From an uncultured Pseudomonadota bacterium (GTDB taxonomy: Bacteria > Pseudomonadota > Alphaproteobacteria > RF32 > CAG-239): a DNA stretch of 64,000 bases. The translations under genes were made by a program, and so were the position numbers. The notes beneath the pieces were generated by a model that was not told the DNA's origin, made no database searches, and worked only from the letters and a program-made list of their open reading frames with translations. The stretch covers positions 90,020-154,019 of the forward strand of contig CADAJN010000001.1 in assembly GCA_902788365.1 (NCBI GenBank), given 5' to 3'. Of the stretch, positions 50,465-60,254 are shown piece by piece; position 1 is the first letter of the stretch; every line of letters begins with the position of its first letter.

Positions 50465-50680
50465 ATTTAAACATCCTTTCAAAAAAATTAAACCCACTTC
50501 AAAAAAGTGGGCGGATGTTCACAACCGTACTTAAACACAAAAAAACGGCTCGGCCTATTTGGCAAACAGCCTTATTCGGCCGACATCCGCCCTTTTATAA
50601 AGGACAGAGGCCGGCATATAATTTATTAATCGCCATATCGCTATGCGACTGTGTTTAAGTATTAGGGTTGTGACACCCTA
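50465..50680 (-). promoter_or_regulatory. Structured 5' leader with alternative long-range pairings and a terminator hairpin next to the RBS
   Basis: On the minus strand, gggcggatgt (50592..50583) pairs with acatccgccc (50518..50509). gtgtcacaacc..acttaaacac (50676..50651) pairs with gtgtttaagtacggttgtga (50538..50518). A terminal hairpin cccacttttttgaagtggg + U-run sits at 50511..50480, just before the RBS. Confidence 0.4.
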
Positions 50681-50794
50681 AGTGCAGTATTTTGCACTCG
50701 TGTTAAAATTAAAACACTTTTTGAAACTTGTCAAAATATTTTTTAAGCGGCAGAGATGCTCTCGTTTGCTGCATTCACTCAACATAACAGATTA

Positions 50795-50830
50795 AAAAAA
50801 CAACCGCTCTTACGGGCGGCTGTTTTTTGT
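50795..50830 (-). terminator. Intrinsic terminator after ompA-like gene
   Basis: Minus strand cagccgcccgtaagagcggttg followed by tttttttt. Confidence 0.6.
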
Positions 50831-50848
50831 TTGAAACTAACGCTGGTT

Positions 50849-51487
50849 TTACTGAGCGTTTATCAATATAATTTCAACACGGCGATTTTGCGCCTTGCCT
50901 TCGGCAGTGGCGTTTGATGCAATCGGCTGAGAAGCACCGACGCCAACAGCATGCAAACGATTTGCCGCTACACCGCGCATTGCCAAATAATTAGCCACAG
51001 TCATTGCGCGCCGTTGCGACAACGGAATGTTGATTTTATCGTTACCGGAGCTGTCGGTATGGCCGACAATTTGCAACTTGGTTTTATCATATTCGTTCGC
51101 CACAATCGCTACCGAATCTAAAGCCGCATTGGCCGTTGTTTTCATTACATCGTTATTGGTATCAAAGGTAATGCTGTTTGGCATAATCAAGCGAATGTTA
51201 TCACCGTCGCGCGCCACCTGAACACCGGTGCCAGCCAATTTTTCGCGCAATTTTCTTTCTTGTATGTCCATATAGCCGCCGGTGGCCGCACCTGCCGCAC
51301 CGCCAATTCCGGCACCGATTAAGGCACCTTTTTCACCGCCGACAATTGCACCTAAACCGGCACCAACTGCCGCACCGATACCTGTGCCCCACGCGGTTTT
51401 AGAAACTTTGCTTTCGCCGGTATAGGCATCGGTGGCGCAAGCATTTAATAATCCTAAAGCCACCAGACATAACATCAATTTTTTCAT
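50849..51487 (-). CDS. OmpA-family lipoprotein (Gly-rich linker + OmpA C-terminal peptidoglycan-binding domain)
   Basis: Lipobox LLNAC; Gly/Ala-rich segment; C-terminal OmpA-domain motifs (IVGHTDSSGNDKINIPLSQRRA). Confidence 0.75.
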   Translation of the reverse strand: MKKLMLCLVALGLLNACATDAYTGESKVSKTAWGTGIGAAVGAGLGAIVGGEKGALIGAGIGGAAGAATGGYMDIQERKLREKLAGTGVQVARDGDNIRLIMPNSITFDTNNDVMKTTANAALDSVAIVANEYDKTKLQIVGHTDSSGNDKINIPLSQRRAMTVANYLAMRGVAANRLHAVGVGASQPIASNATAEGKAQNRRVEIILINAQ

Positions 51488-51498
51488 TTATTTTCTCC

Positions 51499-54135
51499 TT
51501 AAAAATTAGCAATACGCGCCAAGGCTTCTTCAACTTTAGCTTTATTTTCAAGCGCTTCCGACTGACGGCGTTTTTCTTGCTCCACCACCTGCGCCGGCGC
51601 TTTGGCAACAAAGCTTTCATTGCCTAATTTACGCGCATAACCTTCCAAATTTTTATTCAAAGTATCAAGCTCTTTTTGTAAGCGTTCGCGCTCGGCGGCA
51701 AAATCTACCACGCCTTTGAGCGGAATTAAGATTGTGGCATCACGGCTAACCGTTTGCACCATATCTTTGCTGATTTCCTTATCGCCGAGCGGCTCCAATT
51801 TATCCAAACGCGCCAAATTACAAATCAGGCTATTTTGGGCAAGAAGCGGCGCCAAATCTATTTCAGCTGCCTTGACGTAAACCGTCAATTTTGTTGCTAC
51901 CGGCAGATTCATTGCCGAACGCAAAGAACGCACGGCCGTAATAAATTCTACCGCTCTGTCAATAACGCGTTTGTCTTCTTCACCAAACACTTCGCCTTGC
52001 GGCCACTCTGCCTTAATTAAATCAACCTTACGGGTTGTCAGATTATTCCACAACTCGGTCGTTACAAACGGCATGAACGGATGCAAAATCACTAAAATTC
52101 TATCTAGAACCCATGCGGCCGTAGCTCTGGTTTCGTTAATTTTCTCGGCATTGTCGCCATAAAAAATCGGCTTGGTCAATTCAATATACCAATCGCAGAA
52201 AGTTCCCCAAATAAACTGATATACCGCATTTGCCGCATCGGAAAAACGATAGTTATTCAAATTATCGGTTACATTTTTGGTGGCCTCTTTGGCCTTGGCA
52301 ACAATCCATCTGTTGATAGGGAATTTTACGGTTTTTACATCAAAATCGGATACCGAATAGCACTGATTCATTTCGCAGAAACGAGCGGCATTCCACAACT
52401 TTGTAGCAAAATTACGATAGCCCTGAATACGCGAATCCGAAAGGTTGATATCGCGGCCCTGCGTTTCAGACGCCGCCATGAAAAAGCGTAAGGCGTCGGC
52501 ACCATATTTTTCAATGGTTTCCATCGGGTCAACCGTATTGCCTTTGGATTTACTCATTTTGCGTCCTTGCTCGTCGCGAACCAATCCGTGGATATAGCAC
52601 TTTTTGAACGGCACCCGCTTCATCATATACATACTCATCATCATCATTCTGGCTACCCAGAAGAAAATGATGTCAAAACCGGTTACGAGCACCGAAGTAG
52701 GATAAAATGTTTGCAAATATTCGGTATTTTCCGGCCAACCAAGGGTTGAAAACGCCCATAAACCCGATGAAAACCATGTATCCAAAACATCGGTTTCGCG
52801 GCGCAACTCAACATGTTTGCCATAATATTTATCGGCCACCGCCTGTGCTTCTTCTTCATTTTCTTCGCAGAAAATATGCTCGTCCGGACCATACCAAATC
52901 GGCATTTGATGTCCCCACCAAAGTTGGCGTGAAATGCACCACGGCTGAATGTTGTTCATCCATTCAAAATAAGTCTTTTTATAGGTTGCCGGCACAAATT
53001 CCATTTCACCGTCATTAACGGCACGGCGCGCTTCCACCGCCAATTTCGGCGCATCAACAAACCATTGGTCGGTCATATACGGCTCAATAACCGCACCGCT
53101 ACGCTCGCCATACGGAATGACCATCGGGTGTTCTTCAATTTTTTCCATTAAACCGAGTTCGGTCAATGCCTCAATTGTTTTCACGCGCGCCTCTTGCGTG
53201 GTTAATCCGGCATACGGCGTATTTTCATTAAGCGTGGCATCCGGATTTAAGATGTTAATCATCGGCAAATTATGGCGACGGCCGACTTCAAAGTCGTTAA
53301 AGTCATGTGCCGGCGTAATTTTCACCGCGCCGGTGCCTTTTTCCGGATCAGCATGGTCATCGCCGATAATCGGAATAACGCGATTGACTATCGGCAAAAT
53401 GCAGTTTTTACCGATTAAATGTGCCAATTTCGGATTATCTTTAGAAACAGCTACTGCCGTATCGCCAAACATGGTTTCCGGACGCGTGGTGGCAATATGA
53501 ATAAACTCACTCGGATTTTCTTCCAACGGGTATTTGTAATAATACATTTTACCGACGGTTTCAGTCTGCACAACTTCCAAATCCGACACGGCGGTTTCAA
53601 GCTTCGGATCCCAGTTTACCAGCTTTTTGGCCTTATAAATCAGCCCATCTTTGTATAGCGATACAAAAATCTTGCGCACCGCGCGTGACAATCCTTCATC
53701 CATGGTAAAGCGCTCTCTGCTCCAATCGCACGAAGCGCCCAAACGACGTAGCTGCTTACAAATGGTGCCGCCCGAATGTTCGCGCCATTTCCATACTGTT
53801 TCAATAAACTTTTCGCGACCCAAATCATGACGCGAAATACCCTCTTTGGCAAGCTGTTTTTCAACCACCATTTGGGTAGCAATACCGGCATGGTCGGTGC
53901 CCGGTTGCCATAAAACTTTTTTGCCCAGCATACGATTATAGCGAATCAAAATATCTTGCAATGTGTTATCCAGCGCGTGTCCCATGTGCAAATAACCGGT
54001 AACATTCGGCGGCGGAATCACAATGGCAAAAGCATCTTTGTCTGAACGCATATCCGGCTTAAAATCACCGTTATTTTCCCATTTGGCATAAATTTTCTCT
54101 TCAAAATCCTTCGGATTATAATTTTTTTCAAGCAT
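51499..54135 (-). CDS. valS: Valine--tRNA ligase
   Basis: 878 aa; HIGH (PNVTGYLHMGHAL) and KMSKS motifs; C-terminal coiled coil. Confidence 0.95.
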   Translation of the reverse strand: MLEKNYNPKDFEEKIYAKWENNGDFKPDMRSDKDAFAIVIPPPNVTGYLHMGHALDNTLQDILIRYNRMLGKKVLWQPGTDHAGIATQMVVEKQLAKEGISRHDLGREKFIETVWKWREHSGGTICKQLRRLGASCDWSRERFTMDEGLSRAVRKIFVSLYKDGLIYKAKKLVNWDPKLETAVSDLEVVQTETVGKMYYYKYPLEENPSEFIHIATTRPETMFGDTAVAVSKDNPKLAHLIGKNCILPIVNRVIPIIGDDHADPEKGTGAVKITPAHDFNDFEVGRRHNLPMINILNPDATLNENTPYAGLTTQEARVKTIEALTELGLMEKIEEHPMVIPYGERSGAVIEPYMTDQWFVDAPKLAVEARRAVNDGEMEFVPATYKKTYFEWMNNIQPWCISRQLWWGHQMPIWYGPDEHIFCEENEEEAQAVADKYYGKHVELRRETDVLDTWFSSGLWAFSTLGWPENTEYLQTFYPTSVLVTGFDIIFFWVARMMMMSMYMMKRVPFKKCYIHGLVRDEQGRKMSKSKGNTVDPMETIEKYGADALRFFMAASETQGRDINLSDSRIQGYRNFATKLWNAARFCEMNQCYSVSDFDVKTVKFPINRWIVAKAKEATKNVTDNLNNYRFSDAANAVYQFIWGTFCDWYIELTKPIFYGDNAEKINETRATAAWVLDRILVILHPFMPFVTTELWNNLTTRKVDLIKAEWPQGEVFGEEDKRVIDRAVEFITAVRSLRSAMNLPVATKLTVYVKAAEIDLAPLLAQNSLICNLARLDKLEPLGDKEISKDMVQTVSRDATILIPLKGVVDFAAERERLQKELDTLNKNLEGYARKLGNESFVAKAPAQVVEQEKRRQSEALENKAKVEEALARIANF

Positions 54136-54207
54136 AGTTATTTCCCATTATTTTTTTTATGATTAACGTGTTCGGTCAGAAAAAATAAACGTGAGGAAGC
54201 GCACCTG

Positions 54208-54519
54208 TTAAAGCGAGGTTTTATTGCCTTCCTTTACACGCACTCGAACACCTAAAACTTGCGGGCGGCGATTGAAATAATTTTTATATTTTTTCATCAT
54301 TTTTTGCGCCACATCATCAAAATTCCACACCCCTAAACGATAAGGAATATCCTCGCGCTTGACCAGCATAGCCTTTGAAAGTTCAAACACCTCGTCTTTC
54401 GGCTGCAGTTCCTGCGCCGTAAAAAATGATTTAAAATACTTTTTTCTTTCTTTTTCAACAATAGCTTCACGAATTGACTTTAATATATCATCTATTGAAG
54501 CTTCCGCCATATTTTCCAT
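54208..54519 (-). CDS. Hypothetical protein upstream of valS (~103 aa)
   Basis: ORF; start ambiguous (ATG 54519 or 54510). Confidence 0.4.
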   Translation of the reverse strand: MENMAEASIDDILKSIREAIVEKERKKYFKSFFTAQELQPKDEVFELSKAMLVKREDIPYRLGVWNFDDVAQKMMKKYKNYFNRRPQVLGVRVRVKEGNKTSL

Positions 54520-54633
54520 AAATTTAATACCCCAAGTCAAAAAATTCACTTGGGGTATGATAGCAAAATTTATTTGATTACGCAACAGCTTTATTTAACT
54601 AAATTGCATAAAAAATTGAATTTTTAGCCGATA

Positions 54634-55173
54634 TTAATAATTTTCGGCGCGTAATTCAAAATAACTGCGGGCATGAGCGCAAACCGGACAAGCCGCCGGA
54701 GCTTCGGTGCCGACAATAATGTGTCCGCAGTTGCGGCATTCCCAAACCTTAACCGTAGAACGCTTAAAGACTTCTTGCGTTTCAACATTTTTCAAAAGTG
54801 CACGATATCTTTCTTCATGCGATTTTTCAATAGCCGCCACACCGCGGAATTTTGCGGCCAATGCGGCAAAACCTTCAGCTTCGGCTGTTTTGGCAAAACC
54901 TTCATACATGTCGGTCCATTCATAATTTTCACCTTCGGCGGCTGCTTTCAAATTTGCCGCAGTATCGCCTAATTCGCCCAATTCCTTAAACCACAGTTCG
55001 GCGTGTTCTTTTTCATTTGCCGCAGTTTTGGTAAAAATTTCAGAAATTTGCTCAAAGCCTTCTTTTTTAGCCACACTGGCAAAATAAGTATATTTATTGC
55101 GAGCTTGGCTTTCGCCGGCAAAAGCCGTCCATAAATTCTTTTCGGTTTGTGTTCCGCTGTATTTATTTGTCAT
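54634..55173 (-). CDS. Rubrerythrin (ferritin-like diiron domain + C-terminal rubredoxin-like CxxC..CxxC)
   Basis: ATG 55173 with AAGGAAA RBS; E..EH diiron ligand pairs; C-terminal CRNCGH...CPVCAH. Confidence 0.8.
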   Translation of the reverse strand: MTNKYSGTQTEKNLWTAFAGESQARNKYTYFASVAKKEGFEQISEIFTKTAANEKEHAELWFKELGELGDTAANLKAAAEGENYEWTDMYEGFAKTAEAEGFAALAAKFRGVAAIEKSHEERYRALLKNVETQEVFKRSTVKVWECRNCGHIIVGTEAPAACPVCAHARSYFELRAENY

Positions 55174-55273
55174 GATGATTTCCTTTGATAAAGTTAAAAA
55201 TAATGTAACCGCATATATAGCCGACTTTTGCATTTAAAGCAAGAAAAATGAATCGCATACCAACAATAGCAAT

Positions 55274-55735
55274 TTATTGGTGCGGTAATGCAACATATTT
55301 AACACCGGCCTCTTCAAACATTTGTGCCGAATAGCTCAATTTATCGCGCCATGTGTTTTTCGGGTCGCTATCAGTGGTAATGTATTCGTAAGTGACTACT
55401 TCTTTAATGCCGGCCTGAATAATGGCTCTGGCACAATCGGTGCAAGGCGTTAAGGTGCAAAAAATGGTGCAACCACGTAACGATGTTCCGGTTAAGCAGG
55501 CATTATAAATGGCATTACGCTCGGCGTGTTCAAAAAAATCGTATTTGGTCGGGCGTTCCATGCGTTCGGCCACATCATCATTAACGCCACGCACCAAACC
55601 GTTATAGCCGGTGGCACGAATTTCCTTATCCGGTCCGACAACAACCGCACCGGTTTTGGTAGACGGATCTTTGGACCATGTTGCGACCAACTCGGCTACT
55701 GCCAAAAAGCGATAATTCCATTTTTCTGAAAACAT
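55274..55735 (-). CDS. dCMP deaminase (ComEB-like, zinc-dependent)
   Basis: HAE...PCTDCA zinc-binding motif; ATG 55735 preceded by AAGGGGG RBS. Confidence 0.75.
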   Translation of the reverse strand: MFSEKWNYRFLAVAELVATWSKDPSTKTGAVVVGPDKEIRATGYNGLVRGVNDDVAERMERPTKYDFFEHAERNAIYNACLTGTSLRGCTIFCTLTPCTDCARAIIQAGIKEVVTYEYITTDSDPKNTWRDKLSYSAQMFEEAGVKYVALPHQ

Positions 55736-55869
55736 TTGTGCCCCCTTTATATTATACGCCACATAAAATTTACAAAGCGACTATAGCAGATTTTTTTTGT
55801 TTTTCAAATACTTTGGCAAAAAAACGGTAAAGTTGCGCATAAAAATATGCAAAAAAATAAAAAAAGTGC

Positions 55870-55905
55870 TTGCATTTTATTTTTTATGTGATATTAAATA
55901 CTTTG
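55870..55905 (+). promoter_or_regulatory. Sigma70-like promoter for tRNA-Gly (TTGCAT-16-TATTAA)
   Basis: Hexamers read directly upstream of the tRNA. Confidence 0.4.
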
Positions 55906-55917
55906 TTCGGATATGAT

Positions 55918-55992
55918 GCGGGTATAGCTCAGGGGTAGAGCGCAACCTTGCCAAGGTTGATGTCGTGGGTCCGAATCCCATTGCCCGCTCCA
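55918..55992 (+). tRNA. tRNA-Gly (anticodon GCC), CCA encoded
   Basis: GCGGGTATAGCTCAGGGGTAGAGCGCAACCTTGCCAAGGTTGATGTCGTGGGTCCGAATCCCATTGCCCGCTCCA; acceptor stem, anticodon loop cuuGCCaa and T-loop TCCGAATC verified by eye. Confidence 0.9.
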
Positions 55993-55995
55993 ATA

Positions 55996-56028
55996 AAGAC
56001 GTAAGATGTTGTTCTTACGTCATTTTTT
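55996..56028 (+). terminator. Intrinsic terminator after tRNA-Gly
   Basis: gacgtaagatgttgttcttacgtc hairpin followed by tttttttt. Confidence 0.7.
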
Positions 56029-56064
56029 TTACAAAATATCCGAGCAGAGGTGTTTTTTTGGGGG

Positions 56065-56103
56065 TGATACACCAAGGTGGTACACCGAGGTGATACACTG
56101 ATA
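56065..56103. repeat. Three tandem 13-bp direct repeats (GGTGATACACCAA / GGTGGTACACCGA / GGTGATACACTGA)
   Basis: Read directly in the tRNA-Gly/sulP intergenic region; related GGTG-TAC(A)C motifs occur at 40459..40688. Confidence 0.7.
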
Positions 56104-56319
56104 ACGCCAAAAGAAAGGTGACACCAATGTTCGGGTTTAATCGTCTGGTGAGACGCAACCACACTTATTACATCAGTGCTAATAATTTTACACAACAGAC
56201 CGAAAAATACTTCATCCTTTTGGTATATTTATCAATATTTTTTGCTAAATCACACCAAATATTATTTCTTTCTTAAACATTTGCCTTTATGTTACGGCAA
56301 ATTACAGAAAGGACTAAAT

Positions 56320-58011
56320 ATGCACGGACTATGGAATAAAATTAAAAATGATTATATGCCGAAATCGGCAGAAATTTTACAACAAGGATATTCGTTTAGC
56401 AATTTTCGGCGTGACTGCATCTCCGGATTAACGGTCAGCATTGTTTCTTTGCCTCTGGCTATGGCCTTGGCTATTGCCAGCGGGTTAACGCCGGCACAAG
56501 GCTTATACACAGCGATTGTCGCCGGTTTTATTATTGCGCTTTGCGGCGGCAGCCGTTATCAAATCGGCGGACCGACCGGCGCTTTTGCCATTCTGGTTTT
56601 GGAAGTTTTGCAAGCTCACGGCTATAACGGCTTGCTTGCCGCCATGCTACTGACCGGCATTATTTTGATTTTTGCCGGAATCTGCAAGCTCGGCAGCTAT
56701 ATTAAATATATTCCGTATCCGGTGGTTATCGGCTTTACGGCCGGTATCGGCTTGACGCTCATTACATCACAAATCAAAGACTTATTGGGAATGAATTTGG
56801 ACAGCCTGCCAAAGGGATTTCTTGATAAATGGTGGACATATATCGGTAATTTGCCGAATACGAATATATATTCGGCGCTTATCAGTATTGTATCATTGGG
56901 TTTGTATGTTTTTATTCGCAAATTCACCCCAAAAATTCCGGTTTATTTAGCAATTTTGGTGGTCACCACATTGCTCAGCGTCGGCTTAAATCTTCCGGTT
57001 GAAACAATCGGCAGCAAATATGGCGATTTACCGAAGACATTGCCGATGCCGCAATTACCGGAACTCAGTTTGGAGTTGTTTCGCAGTGTCTTTACCAGCG
57101 CTTTAACGGTTGCCTTTTTGGCGGCGGTAGAATCATTGCTCAGTGCAAAGGTTGTAGACAGCATGAGCGGCGATGCGCATAATCCGAATGCCGAATTGAT
57201 TGGCGAAGGTTTGGGAAATATCGGAGCAGCGTTTTTTATGGGACTTCCTGCCACCGGCGCCATTGCGCGCACGGCCACAAATTATCGCGCCAACGCTTAT
57301 TCTCCGGTTTCCGGCATGATGCAATCGGTGTTTTTGTTTGCCTTTATGTTCGGTCTCTCGCCGTTGGTAAAATATATTCCGTTGGCTGCTTTAGCGCTGA
57401 TTTTGGTTGTTATCGGGTGGAATATGCTCAATCTGGATAAAATGTGGGGACTTTGCAAATCTCAAGCCGGCGACAGATGGACTCTGATGGTTACAGTTTT
57501 GCTGACCGTTTTAGTCAATTTAAGTGCCGCAATTGCCGTCGGATTTATCATGGCAGCGGTGATTTTTATGCACCGCATGAGCAAAGAAATAGAACTTGCC
57601 AATATGGAAAATATGGTGCAAGACATCAACGTGGCCGTAGCCCAAGATTTGCGCGACAAAAAGATTGTGGTTGTGCGGGTGGCAGGTCCGCTGTTTTTTG
57701 GTGTTGTTTCTGAAATTTCGCAATTTTTCCGACAAATAGAATCGAGGCCAAACGTTGTAATAATTCGTATGGGGCATGTTTCAATGATTGATGCCAGCGG
57801 TGCCAACCTAATTGTTGAGTTTATTGAAAAAATGCATAAAAATCATACAAAAGTGATTATTTCAAACATAAAAACTCAGCCAAAACGCATTTTGCACCAA
57901 GCGTTTGCTAATGCGCATATTCAACTTTCGGATATTTCTACGGCATCAAACTATGATAAAGCCGTGGCTATGGCAAAGCGCTATGTCAGCCGTTTGAAAA
58001 AACATATATAA
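56320..58011 (+). CDS. SulP-family anion (sulfate/bicarbonate) permease with C-terminal STAS domain
   Basis: ATG 56320 with AAAGGA RBS; multiple TM helices; C-terminal STAS-like segment. Confidence 0.8.
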   Translation: MHGLWNKIKNDYMPKSAEILQQGYSFSNFRRDCISGLTVSIVSLPLAMALAIASGLTPAQGLYTAIVAGFIIALCGGSRYQIGGPTGAFAILVLEVLQAHGYNGLLAAMLLTGIILIFAGICKLGSYIKYIPYPVVIGFTAGIGLTLITSQIKDLLGMNLDSLPKGFLDKWWTYIGNLPNTNIYSALISIVSLGLYVFIRKFTPKIPVYLAILVVTTLLSVGLNLPVETIGSKYGDLPKTLPMPQLPELSLELFRSVFTSALTVAFLAAVESLLSAKVVDSMSGDAHNPNAELIGEGLGNIGAAFFMGLPATGAIARTATNYRANAYSPVSGMMQSVFLFAFMFGLSPLVKYIPLAALALILVVIGWNMLNLDKMWGLCKSQAGDRWTLMVTVLLTVLVNLSAAIAVGFIMAAVIFMHRMSKEIELANMENMVQDINVAVAQDLRDKKIVVVRVAGPLFFGVVSEISQFFRQIESRPNVVIIRMGHVSMIDASGANLIVEFIEKMHKNHTKVIISNIKTQPKRILHQAFANAHIQLSDISTASNYDKAVAMAKRYVSRLKKHI

Positions 58012-58023
58012 AGCTGATATAGC

Positions 58024-58827
58024 TTAAATTTCCAGTGTTAAGTCCGGATTAAAGCTCGGATTTTCGTGCGCCGAAACATAGCCGCGCGGGTTGCACACCA
58101 CACGGCATTGACCGATTTTATAATCGGACGGCAGATGAACATGACCGTGACACCAAAGCCTGATATTTGGCCGTAATGCTATAAAATCTTCTAAATCACT
58201 GGCGTAACTCGGCGTCAAAACGCTGTTTTGATATTTCGGCGGAACAGATTCCAAACTTGGCGCATGATGTGTGACAACCACGATTTTTTTGTTCTGAAAT
58301 TGGCGGCTCACTTCATCTATTTTTGACACGGTAGCGGCAAACATTGCGGCACAGTGCTTTGGTTGCAACGGCAATAAATCTTCGGTATTTTCATTTTCTT
58401 CCTCACCGTTTTGATTATATTTTCCAAAATAAAAGTCGTTTAAATGACGCGTTGCAAACCACATTGCCATCTCTTTTTGCGCCGCCCCAAACAACGCATA
58501 ATCTGTCCATAAAGTGCCGCCGACAAATACGACGTCGTCAATAACCTTATATTCATTTTGCAAAAATGACAACGGTGCCGTCAGCGGGTAACGTTTTTGA
58601 TATTGCGCCGACAAAAATTGCAACGAATGCGGGCTGTGATTATAAATCAGATGATTGCCGGCAATGAAAACACCTTTTTGCACATTGCAATCCAGCCATG
58701 CAGAAGCCTTGGCAAAATCTCCGCAGATATCACCGCAAACAACCGTAAACGTTTGCTTGTCCGCCAACTCAAACGGATAAGCGGCATTCACATCCAAGTG
58801 CAAATCTGATATGATGCGTATTTTCAC
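58024..58827 (-). CDS. Metallophosphoesterase (calcineurin-like)
   Basis: Motifs ISDLHLD, GDICGD, GNHL, GHVH; GTG at 58827 preceded by AAGGAG RBS. Confidence 0.75.
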   Translation of the reverse strand: MKIRIISDLHLDVNAAYPFELADKQTFTVVCGDICGDFAKASAWLDCNVQKGVFIAGNHLIYNHSPHSLQFLSAQYQKRYPLTAPLSFLQNEYKVIDDVVFVGGTLWTDYALFGAAQKEMAMWFATRHLNDFYFGKYNQNGEEENENTEDLLPLQPKHCAAMFAATVSKIDEVSRQFQNKKIVVVTHHAPSLESVPPKYQNSVLTPSYASDLEDFIALRPNIRLWCHGHVHLPSDYKIGQCRVVCNPRGYVSAHENPSFNPDLTLEI

Positions 58828-58873
58828 TGTTACTCCTTGATTTTGCACACTTCATTTGCTGATTGACAAACGT

Positions 58874-58905
58874 GCGCTTTCGGTGCTATGTTAATGTATC
58901 AGTAA
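58874..58905 (+). promoter_or_regulatory. Sigma70-like promoter TTGACA-17/18-TATGTT
   Basis: Upstream of ORF 58916. Confidence 0.4.
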
Positions 58906-58915
58906 AAGGATTAAA

Positions 58916-59446
58916 ATGCAAGTCTATCACTATATCAGCAAAGGAAATAATGCTTTAGAAAAAGGTATTCTCTCATTTGCAGCTAACCCCAACGCCGATT
59001 TGAGTTATTATTTTAAGCGTAGCGGCGGTAAAACTACACATAGCGAAATTTGCCGATGGATGGAAAGTTGCTTTGAGGGGCGTTCACGCGGCATTCGCGC
59101 CTTTTCCGAACCGATTAAATGGACCGAACGCAGCATAAAGTGTTTGAAAAATTTTGTGGACAATGCCGATTGTTTTGCCATTGATGTTTCGGCACTGGCA
59201 CGCGATGGATTGATTGAAGCAATATATGTCAGTCCGTCGGTGTTGGACGTGGTGGGACTGGTAGAACAACAAGATTGCGACGAAATTTTGTGGCCGTTGA
59301 AAGGTGTTGAAGACATAGACTATGCGCCGATTGATTGGAGTATTTGCGATGATGAACTCGGCCGCCGTTTTGCGTATGTGCGCTATTATTTGATTGTGGT
59401 CAAAGGAGGGATTATTCCTCCAAAATATATCACTCTTAAATCTTAG
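58916..59446 (+). CDS. Hypothetical protein (176 aa), apparently co-transcribed with tag
   Basis: ORF with own promoter; 9-nt gap to tag; several Cys; no recognisable motif. Confidence 0.45.
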   Translation: MQVYHYISKGNNALEKGILSFAANPNADLSYYFKRSGGKTTHSEICRWMESCFEGRSRGIRAFSEPIKWTERSIKCLKNFVDNADCFAIDVSALARDGLIEAIYVSPSVLDVVGLVEQQDCDEILWPLKGVEDIDYAPIDWSICDDELGRRFAYVRYYLIVVKGGIIPPKYITLKS

Positions 59447-59455
59447 GAAAAAAAT

Positions 59456-60076
59456 ATGGTTTATTGCAAATGGAGTGCCGACTCGGCCGTGAACACCAAA
59501 TATCATGATGAAGAATGGGGTGTGCCGCTGCATGATGACCGCAAACAGTTTGAGTTTTTAATGTTGGAAGTAATGCAATGCGGCCTGAGTTGGAGTATTG
59601 TGATTAACAAGCGAGAGATTTTTCGCCGCTGCTTTGACGGCTTTGATTATAATAAAGTGGCAACTTATAATGACACTGATATTGCGCGCATTATGAACAC
59701 CAAAGGTATGATTAAAAGCCCGCGCAAAATTGCGGCGGTTATTCACGATGCGCAATGTTTTCAGAAAATTCGTGCCGAATATGGCAGTTTTTCAGCCTAT
59801 TTATGGGCTTATTGCGGCGGTAAAACAATTTTATATGACAAACATGGCGAGGGATATATTCCGGCCAGCAACGGCCTGTCGGAAAAAATCAGCCAAGATT
59901 TGCGGCGGCGTGGGTTTAAGTTTTTAGGGCCGGTGGTCATTTATTCGCATTTGCAAGCTTGCGGCATGATTAACGACCATGGTTCGGACTGCCCGCGTTA
60001 TCAATATATTATAACACATTATCCATGTATGCGCAAGAAACGCGACAACGAAAAAAACGTGCAATGCTTCGCATAA
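59456..60076 (+). CDS. tag: DNA-3-methyladenine glycosylase I
   Basis: CKWSADSAVNTKYHDEEWGVPLHDDRKQFEFLMLEVMQCGLSW, the typical Tag N-terminus; C-terminal Cys/His Zn site. Confidence 0.85.
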   Translation: MVYCKWSADSAVNTKYHDEEWGVPLHDDRKQFEFLMLEVMQCGLSWSIVINKREIFRRCFDGFDYNKVATYNDTDIARIMNTKGMIKSPRKIAAVIHDAQCFQKIRAEYGSFSAYLWAYCGGKTILYDKHGEGYIPASNGLSEKISQDLRRRGFKFLGPVVIYSHLQACGMINDHGSDCPRYQYIITHYPCMRKKRDNEKNVQCFA

Positions 60077-60189
60077 GCCCTTACAGATAGCCACAAAGAT
60101 ATCAAAATAAGCCGATTTAATCGGGAAATAGCAGAAAAAAATAAAAAATTTCTTAGCGTGATATATAAGATAATACTTATTTTGCAATA

Positions 60190-60232
60190 CAGAGACAATA
60201 AAAAAAGCGGCGCAACTTAGCACCGCTTTTAA
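60190..60232. terminator. Bidirectional terminator between tag and the omp gene
   Basis: gcggcgcaacttagcaccgc hairpin with flanking A and T runs. Confidence 0.55.
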
Positions 60233-60254
60233 TTTTTGCGTTATTATTCGCTGA

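Noticed and set aside
55929-56195. 88-aa minus-strand ORF
   Set aside because: It overlaps tRNA-Gly and its terminator, so it is spurious.
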